Source: Octopus sinensis
Taxonomy: Eukaryota
DNA length: 64,000 nt
Reading direction: 5' to 3'
Assembly (NCBI RefSeq): GCF_006345805.1
Contig: NC_043013.1
Coordinates: 56,668,001 to 56,732,000 of the forward strand
Positions 1 through 13,420 of this stretch are shown one piece after another. Both the position numbers and the translations under genes were made by a program. The notes beneath the pieces are model-generated. The model was not told the DNA's origin. It saw only the letters and a program-made list of their open reading frames with translations, and searched no databases. Numbering within the stretch: position 1 is the first letter of the stretch; each line of letters starts with the position of its first letter.

Positions 1-1892
1 AGAAGAGGCAACAATAGATTTAAACAGACCATATTTTCTCTTGACAAAGCCACTTAGTCAATTAGAGGCCATTTGATGGCACCGATACCCTGGAATCTAA
101 TTGATTCCCTTATAAATAAAGCTAAGAATTTCATATAATAGGTTTATCAATCATTGTTAGACAAATTAATGAGTTGGAGTCATCCACCAACGATATGTCT
201 GCGTCTGTTTGGCTTGGTATTTTGATATATTAACGTACATGTGTGCAATCATATATTTTAAAAAGGTGTCTCTATGTGTGTGTCTGTGTGTGTATGAGTG
301 TACATGTGTGTGCATTTGTATGTGTGTGTATGCTGTAGAGAAGGTTGAAGAGAATAACAGAATTAAAGACAGATTAATTGATTATTTGGTCAATAAACTC
401 CTTTTTAAACACATCTAGATATATATGTATGTTTACACTCATACACATACATGCACAATGTATGTATAGATGTGTGCAGTGGGGTGTTATGTCTGTATAT
501 GAACGTATATATTACTATAAACACACACAAATGTATATTTATCAGTGTGTGTGTGTGTAACCTTTTATTGATGTATATAATTATATGCTTCTTTCATTGT
601 TACTTAAAACGCCTTGCACTGAAGACAATCAGAAAATATCTTCAACTAGGAAACACGATTCTTCTCATATCACTATTTCTCTGCAATAATGTCTCTAAAA
701 CGGTAAATTTTCAAAAATTCTTGCACATTTGTATTATGAAATCAGTGAACTTCATTCCAAGAATTTCTGTCAACCATTTCTGTTAGTTCTTTGAGAAGGC
801 CAACATTACAAGTTTTGCTTGATAAACATTTAATAAGAAGGCTAAATTCTTAAATTGTTAGAAGTAGAAATACAGAATTATAAGCACCATCATTTGTAGA
901 CTTTGTGGGAGATCAAAAATCACCAAAATCAGTTTGGATTCTCAACCTTTTATGTTTGAGAAAATAAAACACCAGCCAAGAGCAGTAGATTGTCCAAATT
1001 GCATGGAAAGAGTCTTGTCTTCGTGTCTGTATGGGGTCTTGGCATTCTGAGTTCTTTTGTGATAGACTTAATTCTAGACATACCACCCTTAGCCGTTGGA
1101 TAAATTTAAAGGAGTTCATTCTATTGCAATCAGTCTATGGGGTGGGTACCCTGTTTCCCATCTTTTTTTTTTGCCTCCCACCAGTCTTGGAAGATCTGAG
1201 AAATAAAAGATCATAGATGACCAAACCCTACTTAGTAGTTACATAGACATGCACCCCAAGATTTTCCAGTCATCTTCTACTAAGACCATGCATTAAAACA
1301 TGAGTACAGCCTTTCTCCTCTGGCCATACATATTCATAAATATTTATGTAACAAATGATAGAAAAGGGAATTCATGAGAAAATTTATTGCTCACAACGAT
1401 CGTATATATGTATATATATATATGTGTATATATACAGAGTATGAGAGGGATAAGTGATCCTGACAGATACCAGATTATCTCTCAAATGGGTTAAATAAGA
1501 AGGCTAAATTCTTAAATTGTGTGGAGGACATGTACCAAATTTTCACTTCTAAATTTTCTCTTATGAACACAAGACATGAACAGGCTCTAAAATGTTTTGA
1601 AATGGCAATCTAGGTGTGTTTTGGCTGATACTAAGGTAGGTACTACCCCATATCTGACCATTGGTTACCCTCCTCTGACATTCATACAAAATTACCACCT
1701 CTCCTCCCCACCTTAGTTCACTGCCTGTATTCTCTCTTGTACTTCTTGTACTTTTGAGATGCTCTGGCATCCCTTCACCATCTTTAGTTTCTTTCCAGCT
1801 ATTCCCACCACTAGTAGAACAAGAAAATCACCCAGTACTCTTTGTAAAGTTTAATGACTTGTATGTACATGGTATTTCCATTTGAGTGTAGC

Positions 1893-2105
1893 TGTTGCCA
1901 GTACTGCCTGACTGGCCCTCATGTTGGTGGCACGTAAAAGCACCCACTACACTCTCGGAGTGGTTGGTGTTAGGAAGGGCATCCAGTTGTAGAAACTCTG
2001 TCAGATCAAGATTGGAGCCTGGTGCAGCCATCTGGTTCGCCAGCCCTCAGTCAAATCATCCAACCCATGCTAGCATGGAAAGCGGACGTTAAACGATGAT
2101 GATGA
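1893..2105 (+). mobile_element. 3' half of SINE with RTE-type tail
   Basis: GGTGGCACGTAAAAGCACCCACTACACTC...CATGCTAGCATGGAAAGCGGACGTTAAACGATGATGAT; the same block recurs at 12.7, 54.3, 60.7 and 61.3 kb. Confidence 0.85.
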
Positions 2106-2499
2106 CTACAACTACTACTAATTATAATAATAACAATAATATAAATGGAGGGTATAAATGCAGAATAAGTACACTACCTCTGAATAAATAATGATCACCA
2201 GACAGCAACATGTAAACCAAATACTGTTACAATGAATTGAAATCTGAACAAACGTTTAAAGCTACACTTCAACTGTATTACTAGCAGAAGTGATTATAAG
2301 ACCAGCATTCTGTCAAATATAAACCATGACACTATTGTTGGAATCAGTTCTCTTTGAAAATGTCATGAGTGATGGACCCTTGATGAAATTGCAATGACTA
2401 GGATGCATAAGTGCATACAAAGTAACGTACATTAACAGGTAATTTTTGTATGCATGTATGTATGTATGCAGTTTTGCATGTTTTTGTTTTATGTATGTA

Positions 2500-3233
2500 T
2501 TTTCAAGTATATAGCTCTGCATATCTAGATATGCTCATATACACTGAAATGATAAACTTCTGCATGCCATTGATGGCTTGAATCTGTAGTATCTGAATCA
2601 GCTTACTCCTTTCTGGTTTTGAGAAGCCTAATTTCTCAGGATTGGTATTTAGGCAATGTGTTACATATCACTGGGTCTCATTAATTACAGGTATAAACCT
2701 GAACCTATAATCTGGATAGAGTAACTGCAGACTTCTCAATAGCTCAGCCAAGGTGTTCTCTTTTTCACTGATCTTCAGCTCCATGTTAACATCTGCTGGG
2801 CAGTTAATTTCCACAACTCTGCACAGTTTCTCTTCTCTATTCCAAAACATCATATCAGGTCTGTTGTGCTTTCATTTTATTGAGATCTTCACTGGGACAT
2901 TCCACCAGTATTCCTTTTTATTATGAGGTGGCTATGGCTTCTTCAATATTGTGGGTTTTAATTTCTTTGTCCTCGGGATTATCCTTCAGACAGATTTCAT
3001 TATAGAATGTCCTAGCTACAACATCATGTCTCATCAGTAGACAATACTGTGATGACATTTTCAGACAACTGCTTATGATGTGGGTGATATCTTCAGTGTG
3101 AACTCCACAAAGTCTGCATCAGTGGTCACATTTTACAGCTTTTCCTGCATCTGTATCCATTTTGTGCATCAGGTATTTTGTTGATATTTCCTCTTTCTGG
3201 ACTGTAAACAAAGTGGAAGGTAGTAATCTGGTT
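2500..3233 (-). mobile_element. 5'-truncated R4/Dong-like non-LTR retrotransposon (CCHC knuckle + REL endonuclease), decayed
   Basis: Minus-strand remnants CRLCGVHTEDITHIISSC, HNRPDMMFWNREEKLCRVVEINCPAD, FIPV; flanked by (TATG)n on both sides; homologous to 26600-27263. Confidence 0.85.
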
Positions 3234-4229
3234 GTATGTATGTACGTATGTACATACGTACGTGTGTGTGTGTGTGTGTGTGTGTATCATCCCTATCATG
3301 ATCATTTTATGTTTGTTCTTATGTTAGTAATGGTAAGCTGGTCTAACAGGAATCTAAGTGCAGTTTCTACTGTGAAAGTATGATTTGAACAGGAGATTCA
3401 GATGCTGTTTCTTGCAAGCCTGGTTCCCACAAGGGAACTCTTTTACTTTCTTGGCATTAAATCTAATAAACAGTTTGTTTAAATATGGAGTTAGTAGTCT
3501 AAACACTTAGCATATTATTTAGCAATAAATTTTCAAATATTTTATTCATTTAGTAATTACAGTTAAGAATTGAGGGATAATTAAAAATTAAATAGAAGAG
3601 ACCGGATGATTTCGTTGGAAGAAGGAATTGTTATTGGTTCTGTTTGAGAGAAACCAAGAAAATCAGTGATGTATGCCAGGAATTCTAAGAGACAAGGAAT
3701 CAGACATATTTGGCAGAATTGAGGTGTAGCATTAATGCACAAAAATTGAAATATTTTGCAATTTCATTTAATCTGCTCCAAAACTAAACTCTTTGATAAT
3801 CTATTGAGCTTCAGCAAAGGAAAGCAGTTTTAAGAGGAACTGGTTTTCTTGTATGAAATTTAAATTACTTTGGACAGCTGTGAAAATAGGGAATTTTAAA
3901 GGATTTGTAAAAGATAATGGGAAATATTTGTTTTATTTTTTTCCTTAGTATTGATTCTGTTGAAGATGAAGTAGTGTTTTTTTTTATACCACTCATCATT
4001 TTGAAACAATTCAGAAATTTCAATAGAAATTTCTTCAACTCAGGTCTAAAAAATTTTTTTAATTATAAAACTATTTCATAAATGGTTACTTCTTATGATT
4101 TGCTGAGGTTTTAAAGAGAAATTCTGAGAGAAAGTTTCTTTATAGTGAGACTCTTAGCATCAACATCTTCCCAGATAATATCAATTTCTCTCTTATTAGA
4201 TTATTGTTGTTGTTAATTATTCTTAAGCA

Positions 4230-4538
4230 GGCCTGGCTCTCCATCAGTAATCCAGTTGATTCAATCAATAGAACAGCCTGATCATGAGATTGGCGTAGAA
4301 GTGGCTGAGTACTCCAGAGATATGCATACCCTTAACATAGCTCTCAGGGAGATTTCGCATGATGCAAAATGTGACAAGGCTGCCTCCTTAAATTACCGGT
4401 ACAACTCATTTTTGCCAGCTGAGTGGACTGAGGCAATAGGAAATAAAGTGTCTTGCTCAAGGAGACAACACACCACAGGAAATTGAACTCTCAACCTTGC
4501 AATTGTGGGCCAAATGCCCTAACCACTAAGCCATGTGC
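4230..4538 (-). mobile_element. tRNA-derived SINE (family C), decayed
   Basis: Reverse complement aligns with copies at 14931, 19603 and 35543. Confidence 0.7.
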
Positions 4539-5018
4539 ATAGGTACATGAGTATATGATGAGAAACATTCCATCCAGGACCATTCTCTGCTTTTAGAGAT
4601 GATTTTCCCCCCACACCTTAGATGTGGCTGCTATTTTTACCAGGTCAATTCTTAGGCATGTAAATGTTAGATGGAAGGGTTTTGGTTGTTGTAACTTCAA
4701 TTTTGATCTTCTCATATTCATAATTTTATTCTTAATTTAATAAAGCCTTAAAATTTAAGTACTGATGAAGTACCTGCTGACAGAAATGTTAGAACATCAG
4801 AAAAAAATTACTTCAAGTCTTTTCTATTTCATTTTCTGGCTCTTTACATCCCATGTTCAAATCACTACAAGGTCAATATTGCCATTTATTCAGTTGGGGG
4901 TTGATAAAATTAACTACCAGTGAGGAACTGGGGTCAGTGGTATTGGCTAACCTCTAATCTTGACTGGCCTTGTAATTAATTCAGAAAAAATTATTATTAT
5001 TATTATTATTATTATTAC

Positions 5019-5576
5019 TGACTGAGAGAGCAGTGCATACCATCCAAGTGATACTGGGGTTCAAATATATGAAGCCCAGTATACCCATCATGACTACCCA
5101 TCTGATATGGGTACATCAAGCACATGCATCACAGCCATGTGTGTGCAGCATGGTGATCTCCTATCAAGACAAACAGCACATGACCTTGCAGGTGGGGTCC
5201 AGTTCGAAATTTCTTCAGGTTGAGTACCCCATCCTGCTTAAACGGTCCCTGAATAAGGGTTGTTTAAGGATGTTGAATGAAACTACCATGTTTCCAGAGG
5301 TAAATTCTCCAAATCCCAAATAATTCCTATCAATACATGGCCATGATGTTCCCCCACTACTTCTACTCACAATCAGAGACACACATATCGTCAGCCAATA
5401 AGAGACATGTTCAACTGGTTAAAGTCAAGTAACTGACAAGCAAATCTGTGGTATTGAGCAGAATATTTTCAGTAGACCGTCTTTTATACCAAGACAAAAC
5501 AATGTACATGATAACACTTCCAATTAGTTAAGATAGGAAGCCATGAGAGCCACTGCTTGGTACTGCACCAGGGCAT
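5019..5576. mobile_element. ~555-bp non-coding element embedded in (ATT)n
   Basis: End-to-end reverse-complement homology with 53459-54014; both copies have TAA-type microsatellite at both ends. Confidence 0.85.
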
Positions 5577-6786
5577 TTATTATGATTATTATTATTATTA
5601 TTATTATTATTATTTGATTTAATTTTATCCGTTAGTGATATGCCTTGAAGATATTACATGAGTATGACTTGAATGGTCTTGGAGCTAAAAAGAGTCAAGA
5701 AATTAATGAAATTTTCCCTTCTTTAGAAAGTAACCACAATTCAAATCTGAAGACTCCTCTGTAATTATTAGAAAAGAATGTTTTCTCCACAGCAATTCCT
5801 AAAAAGTAGTTTTAAGGAATATGATATTTGGTTTAAAAGAGGTTTTTGAGAAAATAATGAAAATAAGTTCAACAAACAGCGAATGATAGCCAATTACAAG
5901 ATCCCACTTGTAATTAAATGTAATGATTTAAGCTAAAATTAATTGCTGTGAGAAATAAAAAGAAAAATTTAAATGAATTTATTTTTCATTCACTTGAATT
6001 TTTTTGTATTTTTTAAAAAGTTTTTGAAAATATTCATTTTCAGGATGTTTTAAATGATTCAGAAAAAAATCAAAATTTATGCTAAAGGCAATAATTTGTT
6101 GATTTTTGTATTTTGATTGAATATTTTTCTAATTTCGTTTTTTTATTTTATTCCATGCTAATAAAATTTTGTGGACTTAGAGAAATTTTGATATTTGCTG
6201 TAATTGGTGGACAAAGTATTTATATTTTATTTAATTTTGTTTTTTCCAGTCAAATGTTTGTTTTCTAACAATATTCTGTGAAGTGGTAGTAAGAGTGATA
6301 TTTCAACAAAAGACATTGGAGCGACTGAAAAGTGATCCAAGCCATAGAAACCAGTCAGTATGAGGGGCTAGATGTAAACCATTTGAGCCCTAATCTCTCC
6401 TCCTTCTCATCAAATATTAGACATCCAACCCTTTTCTCCATATACTATATCCTATCCTTCTTCTAAGGAAGGCAAAAATTGGATAGAGAATGTCTTTCCT
6501 GTAAATGTTGACCTACAACAGCATAAACAGAATATTATTAATAACATCAAGCTGACCAGTGTCAAGCTGACCATTCCTTAGACCCTAACCCTTCCCTCCT
6601 GGTTCAGCAACTAAAACATCAATCAACAATGCAATGAAATATTTATGGTTCTCTTACGAATTATTATTATTATTATTAAAATAATAACTTTGGTTTCCTG
6701 TTATGGGTTTATACCTTGTATTTCAGTCAATGAATTCTCCAGTCGTCTTCAGGTGGTTTATTTCATTAAATTTTAAATGTAATCTG

Positions 6787-7016
6787 AGTGTGTCTGTTTG
6801 TTCCCCCCCCCCCCCCAACATCACCTGACACTGGATGCTGGTGTGTTTACATCCCCATAACTTAGCGGTTCAGCAAAAGAGACTGATAGAATAAGTACTA
6901 GGCTTACAAAGAATAAGTTTTGGGGTCGATCTGCTCGATTAAAAGCAGTGCTCCAGCATAGCCACAGTCAAATGACTGAAACAAGTAAAAGAGTAAAAGC
7001 GTAAAAGAGTAAAGAA
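6787..7016 (+). mobile_element. SINE family A, 3' part
   Basis: GATGCTGGTGTGTTTACATCCCC...GCTCCAGCAT...GACTGAAACAAGTAAAAGAGTAAAAG tail shared with 9305, 11031, 28822, 48753 and 57052. Confidence 0.85.
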
Positions 7017-8127
7017 ATAATAATTTTGGTCCAACACATTTTTTGTCATCACATGTAATTATCGAAGCTGTTATTGGTGAGTTGAGGCTTATTTATTTAG
7101 ATTAGTATTAATCTAGCTAATATATGAAACATTGAAGAGAGATAAAGATATTGTTTACATATGCAAAAATCCATGTTGTCTTGTATTTCTCATCAGTTGC
7201 CGCCATTTTTTACGAACTCTATTATCACTTTTTAATCATAAAATTTTTTTAAATCATTCAAAAATTTATTTTAAATTTATTTCTTAAAACTTTTGTTAGA
7301 ATATTACAACATGAAAAGGAATTTTTAGAATCTCTGAATAAAATTCTATTGTTTGTTTCTGAGAGTCATGTTGGAACCACATGACATATTTATGTCTCTG
7401 GCGTAAATCCACCATCATTCGTAGAATACTGTGAATGTGGTGCACAGACTTCAAACATTCATTTCTTAAGGACCAAAGCTATAGCTACACATTGCCTCCA
7501 CCCCCAACCTTCACGGTCGTCTCAACACTCCCTTCTCCATCAATTAGTTCCATGATAAAGCTACTTCTAATATTCTCTGTGAAATTGCTTCTAAAATTTG
7601 TTACCCTGTAACAGAGAATGAAAATGATAAGAAATGATGCCAAGGAAATAATGGTCACAAAATATAAAATTCCTTTGCCCGAAGCGATTTGGAACCTTGT
7701 GTCTGCTCAAGACATCAAAAAAACCAAATTAGAAACCATTTCTCTTTAACACATCCAAACAGTATTTTCTGAGCTAAAGTAATTTTGCTTTTTCTTCCAA
7801 GCACAACTGACCATTATACTGGCATTATTTTGGGTATTAACTGTCTATGAGAAGAAGCATATTGGAAACGGTACATCATTATCATGTACAAATAAACATG
7901 CAATCAAGAACATAGACACACAGACATACACACACATACAAACATATAGACACAGACAGATGCACACCTTTTATTGATATTTATACACACGTGTGTCCAT
8001 GTGTGTGTGTGGGTGTGTGTGTGTGTGTGTCTAAAGAGACAAGGGTAGAGTGACTGAGAGGTGGACAGAACAAAAGAACAAAACTATTCCAAACAGAAAT
8101 GCTGACACACCTTTTTATACATAGGCA

Positions 8128-8164
<37 letters not shown>

Positions 8165-8184
8165 TGATGCCAACTCTAAGGTTG

Positions 8185-9285
8185 CCAAAGTGTGTATCTG
8201 AGAAAGCTGGTAGTTGCTGTACATTTGGTAAGAGTGGTGCAATCCGTGTACAGAATGCTGGCCATGAGTTCAATGAGGAATTTATGGTGCAAATAGGCAT
8301 CTAGTAAGGCTTTCCAATTAATTATACTTTTTTAGGTTGTAAGAGATGAGTTTAAAAGAGGTGAGCTGGGCAACTGCTGTATGCCTCAGTATGTCTCTCT
8401 CTTCCAGGGAGACTGTTTTACAGTGAAGTGGCAGAAGGCAAGCACACGCAAAGTGAATAGGGAAAATGCTTCAGGAACCACACTCCAAACCTCACTGAAG
8501 AGCTTTGAGATCAACCTTGACAACTGGGAAAGGCAAGCACAAGACCTCCCTACCTGGCAAAGATGCACCAACAGTGGTGCCACCGCCTCCTGCAAATGGA
8601 ACAATATTGCAGGGACCACAAAGGAGATGTGAACTAAGCATGTCCACAGACAACTCCTGACCCTCGGGCCCAACACACTGCCAGACCCTGACCTGTGGCA
8701 GAGCCTTCTGAGCAAGTACTGGACTGATTGGCTACAGCTGGGCAAACCATTCCCTGTCTTCTGCTCCCATCTGATGTCCCTGGTCATCACTGACAATGAC
8801 AGATGAACTAAAACTAGGAGATACTGAGAAGGATTTAGAGAAAAGGTTTGGGATGAGGAAGCAAAACTTAAAATGGAGATTTCTCAGAGTAAATTTAGCA
8901 AGAACTAAATTTTGAGAAAGAAAGAAGATAGAACTTTGACAGCATCGGGGAAAGGACTGTGTTCAGTGTGCAGAAATGGAGTTGGCAAGTATAATAAATG
9001 TGGTCTTTGGTTACACAAGAGGCAGAGTGAAATTGAAAGTAGGCTGATAGGGAATAAAGATGTTGCCTGCGCTAGATGGAAAGAAATAGCAGTTAGCAGT
9101 CAGTGCATGAGTAAAATAAATTGCTTGCAATACTCTGGATGCTAAACAGAAATAGTTGCTAGCTTCTGTAATCTGGTTCTAATTGGCAATGGATGAGGGT
9201 TAATAGGAAACATAGTTGACAGGTTCAGAACGGGTATTAAGAAGTTCAGCGAGTTAATGCTTCTGCTGGTGAGAAGGAGATGAAG
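8185..9285 (+). mobile_element. RTE-clade LINE RT remnant, interrupted by a second RTE fragment
   Basis: Decayed frames LVRVVQSVY..EFMVQIG, then KEDRTLTASGKGLCSVCRNGVG..CGLWLHKR..RFRTGIKKFSEL; multiple stops. Confidence 0.7.
8340..8808 (+). mobile_element. BovB-like RTE 3' end
   Basis: LQTSLKSFEINLDNWERQAQDLPTWQRCTNSGA, TCGRAF zinc-finger remnant and short GTCATCACTGACAATGA-type 3' UTR. Confidence 0.75.
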
Positions 9286-9304
9286 GGTGGATTGTAATCT
9301 GATT

Positions 9305-9459
9305 ATATGAGTGGCTGTGTGGTAAGTTGCTTGCTTACCAACTACATGGTTCTGGGTTCAGTCCCACTGCATGGCACCTTGGGTAAGTATCTTCTACAAT
9401 AGCCTCATGCTGACCAAAGCCTTGAGTGGATTTGGTAGACGGAAACTGAAAGAAGCCCA

Positions 9460-9498
<39 letters not shown>

Positions 9499-9710
9499 GT
9501 GTGTGTATATGCTTGTGTGTCTGTCACCTTACCATCACTTGATAGCCGATGCTGGTGTGTTTGCATCCCTGTAACTTAACAGTTTGGCAGAAGAGAGCAA
9601 TAGAATAAGTACTAGACTTACACAGAATAAGTTCTGGGGTCAATCTGTTTGACTAAAGGGGGTGCTCCAGCATGGCTACAGCCAAATGACTGAAACAAAT
9701 AAAAGAAAAA
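9305..9710 (+). mobile_element. SINE family A, full length (tRNA head, CORE-like middle)
   Basis: A-box-like TGGCTGTGTGGTAAG, B-box-like GGTTCAGTCCC, CACCTTGGGTAAGTATCTT CORE-like motif, internal (TA)n/(TG)n. Confidence 0.85.
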
Positions 9711-9996
9711 ACAGGATATGAAGAAGCTTAATATTAATGAAATGTGAGCAGCAAATGCAGAAGAGATGCAGAAGTTGGAAAGAAATGAAACAAGTCTGAC
9801 CTTCTTGATGTGCTGTAATGTTGTTGGTGTGTGCAGATGAGCTGAGAGAGAAATTGAGGATGTGAGCAATCAGGTCTAGTGGGCAACGATGATAGTAACA
9901 AATGGGCAGCATTTGTACAACCCAGCGAAAGCAAGGAAGAAAATCTGCATAGAAGTAAAGATGATGATGATGATGATATATATATACATATGTATA

Positions 9997-11011
9997 TGTA
10001 AAAAAACACAAACTGGGACAAGAACGCAAAACATTTAGAAGACGATACAAAAAACACGGACGGGACATTCGAAGCCTTCAATCTTCAGTCAAGAACCGGA
10101 TCATCCTCACAATTTCGGCTGATTAATCTTGAGATCGCTCCGATCCGGCCAGCCCCAAGGAAAAACTAAGCTACGAGCATTAAATTTCTTGGAAAAAGGA
10201 TCGAATGTATACAAAACAGGGACAGAAAACGGACGATGCCGCACGAATATAAATACAAAAAACAATAATAGTAATAACAGGACAAAAACAGCGGGTGTCT
10301 TACGACTATAGACAGTACAACTTAGCTTAGCTGGCGTATTTGGAAAAAAATGCCTTTTTCGGCAGACGAAGAAAACGATGTTCTCGTGGCGGCGGTCAGA
10401 AGCCGAAAGGCTGGTTGACCAGTGGTCACGTGAGAGGAGAAGAGAGAGAAAAAAAAAGGGGTAAAGGAATCAACGAGAGAGAGAAAAAGAGGGGCAAAGG
10501 CACCAAAGGGGGGAGAAGAGAGAGAAAGAAGGAATTAAAGAGGGGAGAAGAAAGAGAGCGTGCCAAGGATTGGCTTGGCGACAGAATCAGTGAGGTGCAA
10601 AGTGAGAAAGACGGAGAAATGTGAGAGTGGGGGAAGAGGAGACCAAAGAATCAGAGGCAAGAAAAGAGAAAAGGAGGAGGAGAAGAGAGAGAGAGAGAAA
10701 GAGACAGATCAAAGTGGAGTGCAAAGTGTAAAAGGCAGAGAAATGTAGGAGAGAGGGGAGAGAGAGACAGTGTTATAGAGTCGTACCAAATTTAAAGAAA
10801 TATGTACTTACATACAAGACCAAAAAGGGTACGGGTGCCGCTATACGTATATGTAAAAAAACACAAACTGGGACAAGAATGCAAAACATTTAGAAGACAA
10901 TACAAAAAACACGGACAGGACATTCGAAGAACCGGATCATCCTCACAATTTCGGCGGATTAATCTTGAGATCGCTCCGATCCGGCCAGCCCCAAGGAAAA
11001 ACTAAGCTACA
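9997..11011. mobile_element. ~1-kb non-coding element with direct terminal repeats (PLE pseudo-LTR-like or TRIM-like)
   Basis: 9997-10174 repeated at 10852-11010 with a 19-bp deletion; CpG-rich; (TA)n flanks; purine-rich interior. Confidence 0.75.
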
Positions 11012-11030
11012 TATATATATACACATATAT

Positions 11031-11438
11031 AGGCACATGTGTAGCTGTGTGGTAAGAAGCTTGCTTCCCAACCATATGGCTTTGGCTTCAGTCCCACTGC
11101 GGGGCACCTTGGCCAAGTGTCTTCTACTATAGTCTTGGGCTGACCAAAGCCTTGTGAATGGATTTGGTTGATGGAAACTGAAAGCCCATCATATGTGTGT
11201 GTGTGTATGTATTTATGTGTGTGTGTCTTTGTTTGTCCCCCCCGCCATCATTTGACTACTGATGCTGGTGTGTTTATGTCCCTGTAACTTGGCAGTTCAC
11301 CCAAAGTGACCAATAAAAAAAGTACAAGGCTTACAAAGAATAGGTCCTGGAGTCGATTTGTTTGACTAAAACCCTTTAAGGTGATGCTACAGCATGGCCA
11401 CACTCAAATGAGTGAAACAGGTAAAAGAATGAAAGAAT
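11031..11438 (+). mobile_element. SINE family A
   Basis: Same head, middle and tail as 9305-9710. Confidence 0.85.
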
Positions 11439-11584
11439 ATATATATAAATACACACACACACACACTTGGAAATTGTCCCCATTCTGGGACACATCTGAA
11501 ATGACAGGCAGGCATTAACCTCTTGTTTAGACAAACTAATCATTAAAGAAAAGAGAAAAAATGCTTTATGATTCTTCAGCAACC

Positions 11585-11775
11585 ACCACAGCAACAACAA
11601 CAACAGCCACCACCACCACTTACACCATCCACCACCACCATCCACTAACCATCTCCACCACTAACACTAACCATCACCATCATCACCACCAACCAAACAA
11701 CCAACCAACCAGCCAACCACCGCCACCACCACCACCACCACCCACCACCACCACCAACCACCACCACCACCACCA
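11585..11775. repeat. (CAC/CAA/ACC)n low-complexity tract
   Basis: Directly visible; explains the poly-T/H/P ORF at 11561-11839. Confidence 0.9.
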
Positions 11776-12022
11776 CCACCAACCTCTTTTGTTCTATGAA
11801 TTTAGAGAACTTTGCCATTTATCGCTTCAGGATTTCTAAAAAGTGATCCCACTCATCCTGGGGTCGATACAATCAACCAAACTCCTCTGCAGGATATTCC
11901 TGGCTTTCTGCCCAAACCGAAAGCAATTCTACAGTTTTGCAGGAGTTTGAAGACATTTTTCTGTTTTCCAAAAAATTAGTTTAATTGTGGTGAATGACTT
12001 GCAAATGGCTTCACCGAATCAT

Positions 12023-12054
<32 letters not shown>

Positions 12055-12256
12055 GCTGTTGATGTTGATGTTGATGTTGCTATATTTATCTGCATCATCA
12101 AACTTATTTATAGGATTAAAACTGAACGACTTACATTTCCCGTTTTCAGTCTATCTATGGAGATAGCCACATTGATTTACAATAAAAATATACTTTCCAT
12201 ACTCCCATGCATAAGTTTCTTTGAAACCTACACACATGCATACATACATACATATA

Positions 12257-12330
<74 letters not shown>

Positions 12331-12331
12331 T

Positions 12332-12365
<34 letters not shown>

Positions 12366-12367
<2 letters not shown>

Positions 12368-12875
12368 AAATCAATCAAAACAAATCAAAATAGATGAACA
12401 TCAATGGAATTTGTATCTTTGTGGTACCAGTGCCGGTGGCACACAAGAAAACCATCCGAACGTGGCCGTAGCCAGTACCACATCGACTGGCCTCCGTGCT
12501 GCGGGCACGTAACAAGCACCATCCGATCGTGGCCGTTCGCCAGCCTCATCTGGCACCTGTGTCGGTGGCACATAAAAACACCATCCGAGCGTGGCCATCT
12601 GTCAGCCTCGTCTGGCACCTGTGTCGGTGGCACATAAAAAACACCATCCGAGCATGGCCGTTCGCCAGCCTCGTCTGGCACCTGTGTCGGTGGCACATAA
12701 AATCACCCACTACACTCTCGGAGTGGTTGGCGTTAGGAAGGGCATCCAGCTGTAGAAACACTGCCAGATCGGACTGGCCTGGTGCAGCCTTCGGGCTCCC
12801 CAGACCCCAGTTGAACCGTCCAACCCATGCTAGCATGGAAAACGGATGCTAAATGAATGATGATGATGATGATGA
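12366..12875 (+). mobile_element. RTE-tail SINE with internal ~63-bp tandem repeats
   Basis: ACCATCCGA anchors at about 12451, 12518, 12580 and 12643; ends GGAAAACGGATGCTAAATGA(ATG)n. Confidence 0.85.
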
Positions 12876-12896
12876 TATATACATATATACATATAT

Positions 12897-13420
12897 ATTA
12901 ATATTAGGGAAGTTATTTCTGAGTCCACAGGTGACAATAGTTCAATTTAGTGGTACTAAAATGAATTTTTCACTGTATTATATATACATATGAATAGACA
13001 GGTTTAAGAGACAGAATCACCCTTAAGCAACTCAATCATCATTGAATGACATTATCCACAATAGGTACATATAGGACTAAATATTAAAAGTATCAAAATT
13101 ATACCTTCAATTCTTATTCTAAATCATATACTTTACATTATATAGACTACGCACGTTTCATGACAACATATTCCTCGATATTGCTGAAATAGAATGTCTC
13201 TAAATACAATACCATATTAAAACAATTATATTGCCAATTTTCAGGTCTAGCTTATATGAACTTATTTTGCTATTTACATTCTATATAAAGACATGACAAA
13301 CTAAAACTTATATAACTAGAAGGTGTTGGAATAATTTTACTTTAGTAAATAATGAACAGAAAGGTGGAATAAAAGTAGGAACTTTTAAAACATTTACATC
13401 CACAAGCCTTTAAAGCTTTT
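12897..13420 (-). mobile_element. Probable Penelope-like pseudo-LTR remnant
   Basis: Terminus TAATATTAGGGAAG..TCCACAGGTGA..TTCAATTTAG resembles 19030-19072 and 39601-39630; decayed GAAACGTGCGTA motif at ~13150. Confidence 0.45.

Noticed and set aside
10060-10100. Hammerhead in the terminal repeat (minus CTGAAGA..CGAATGTC)
   Set aside because: No valid stem II closure, GAAU instead of GAAA, and no stem I partner.
12430-12710. Regularly spaced repeats resembling a CRISPR array
   Set aside because: The units are contiguous near-identical tandem repeats inside a SINE, with no unique spacers and no cas genes, in eukaryotic DNA.
13140-13185. HHR on the minus strand (TCGAGGA..ATG-TTGT-CAT-GAAA-CGTGCG-TA)
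   Set aside because: Core scrambled and stem I unpaired; used only as weak support for a PLE remnant.
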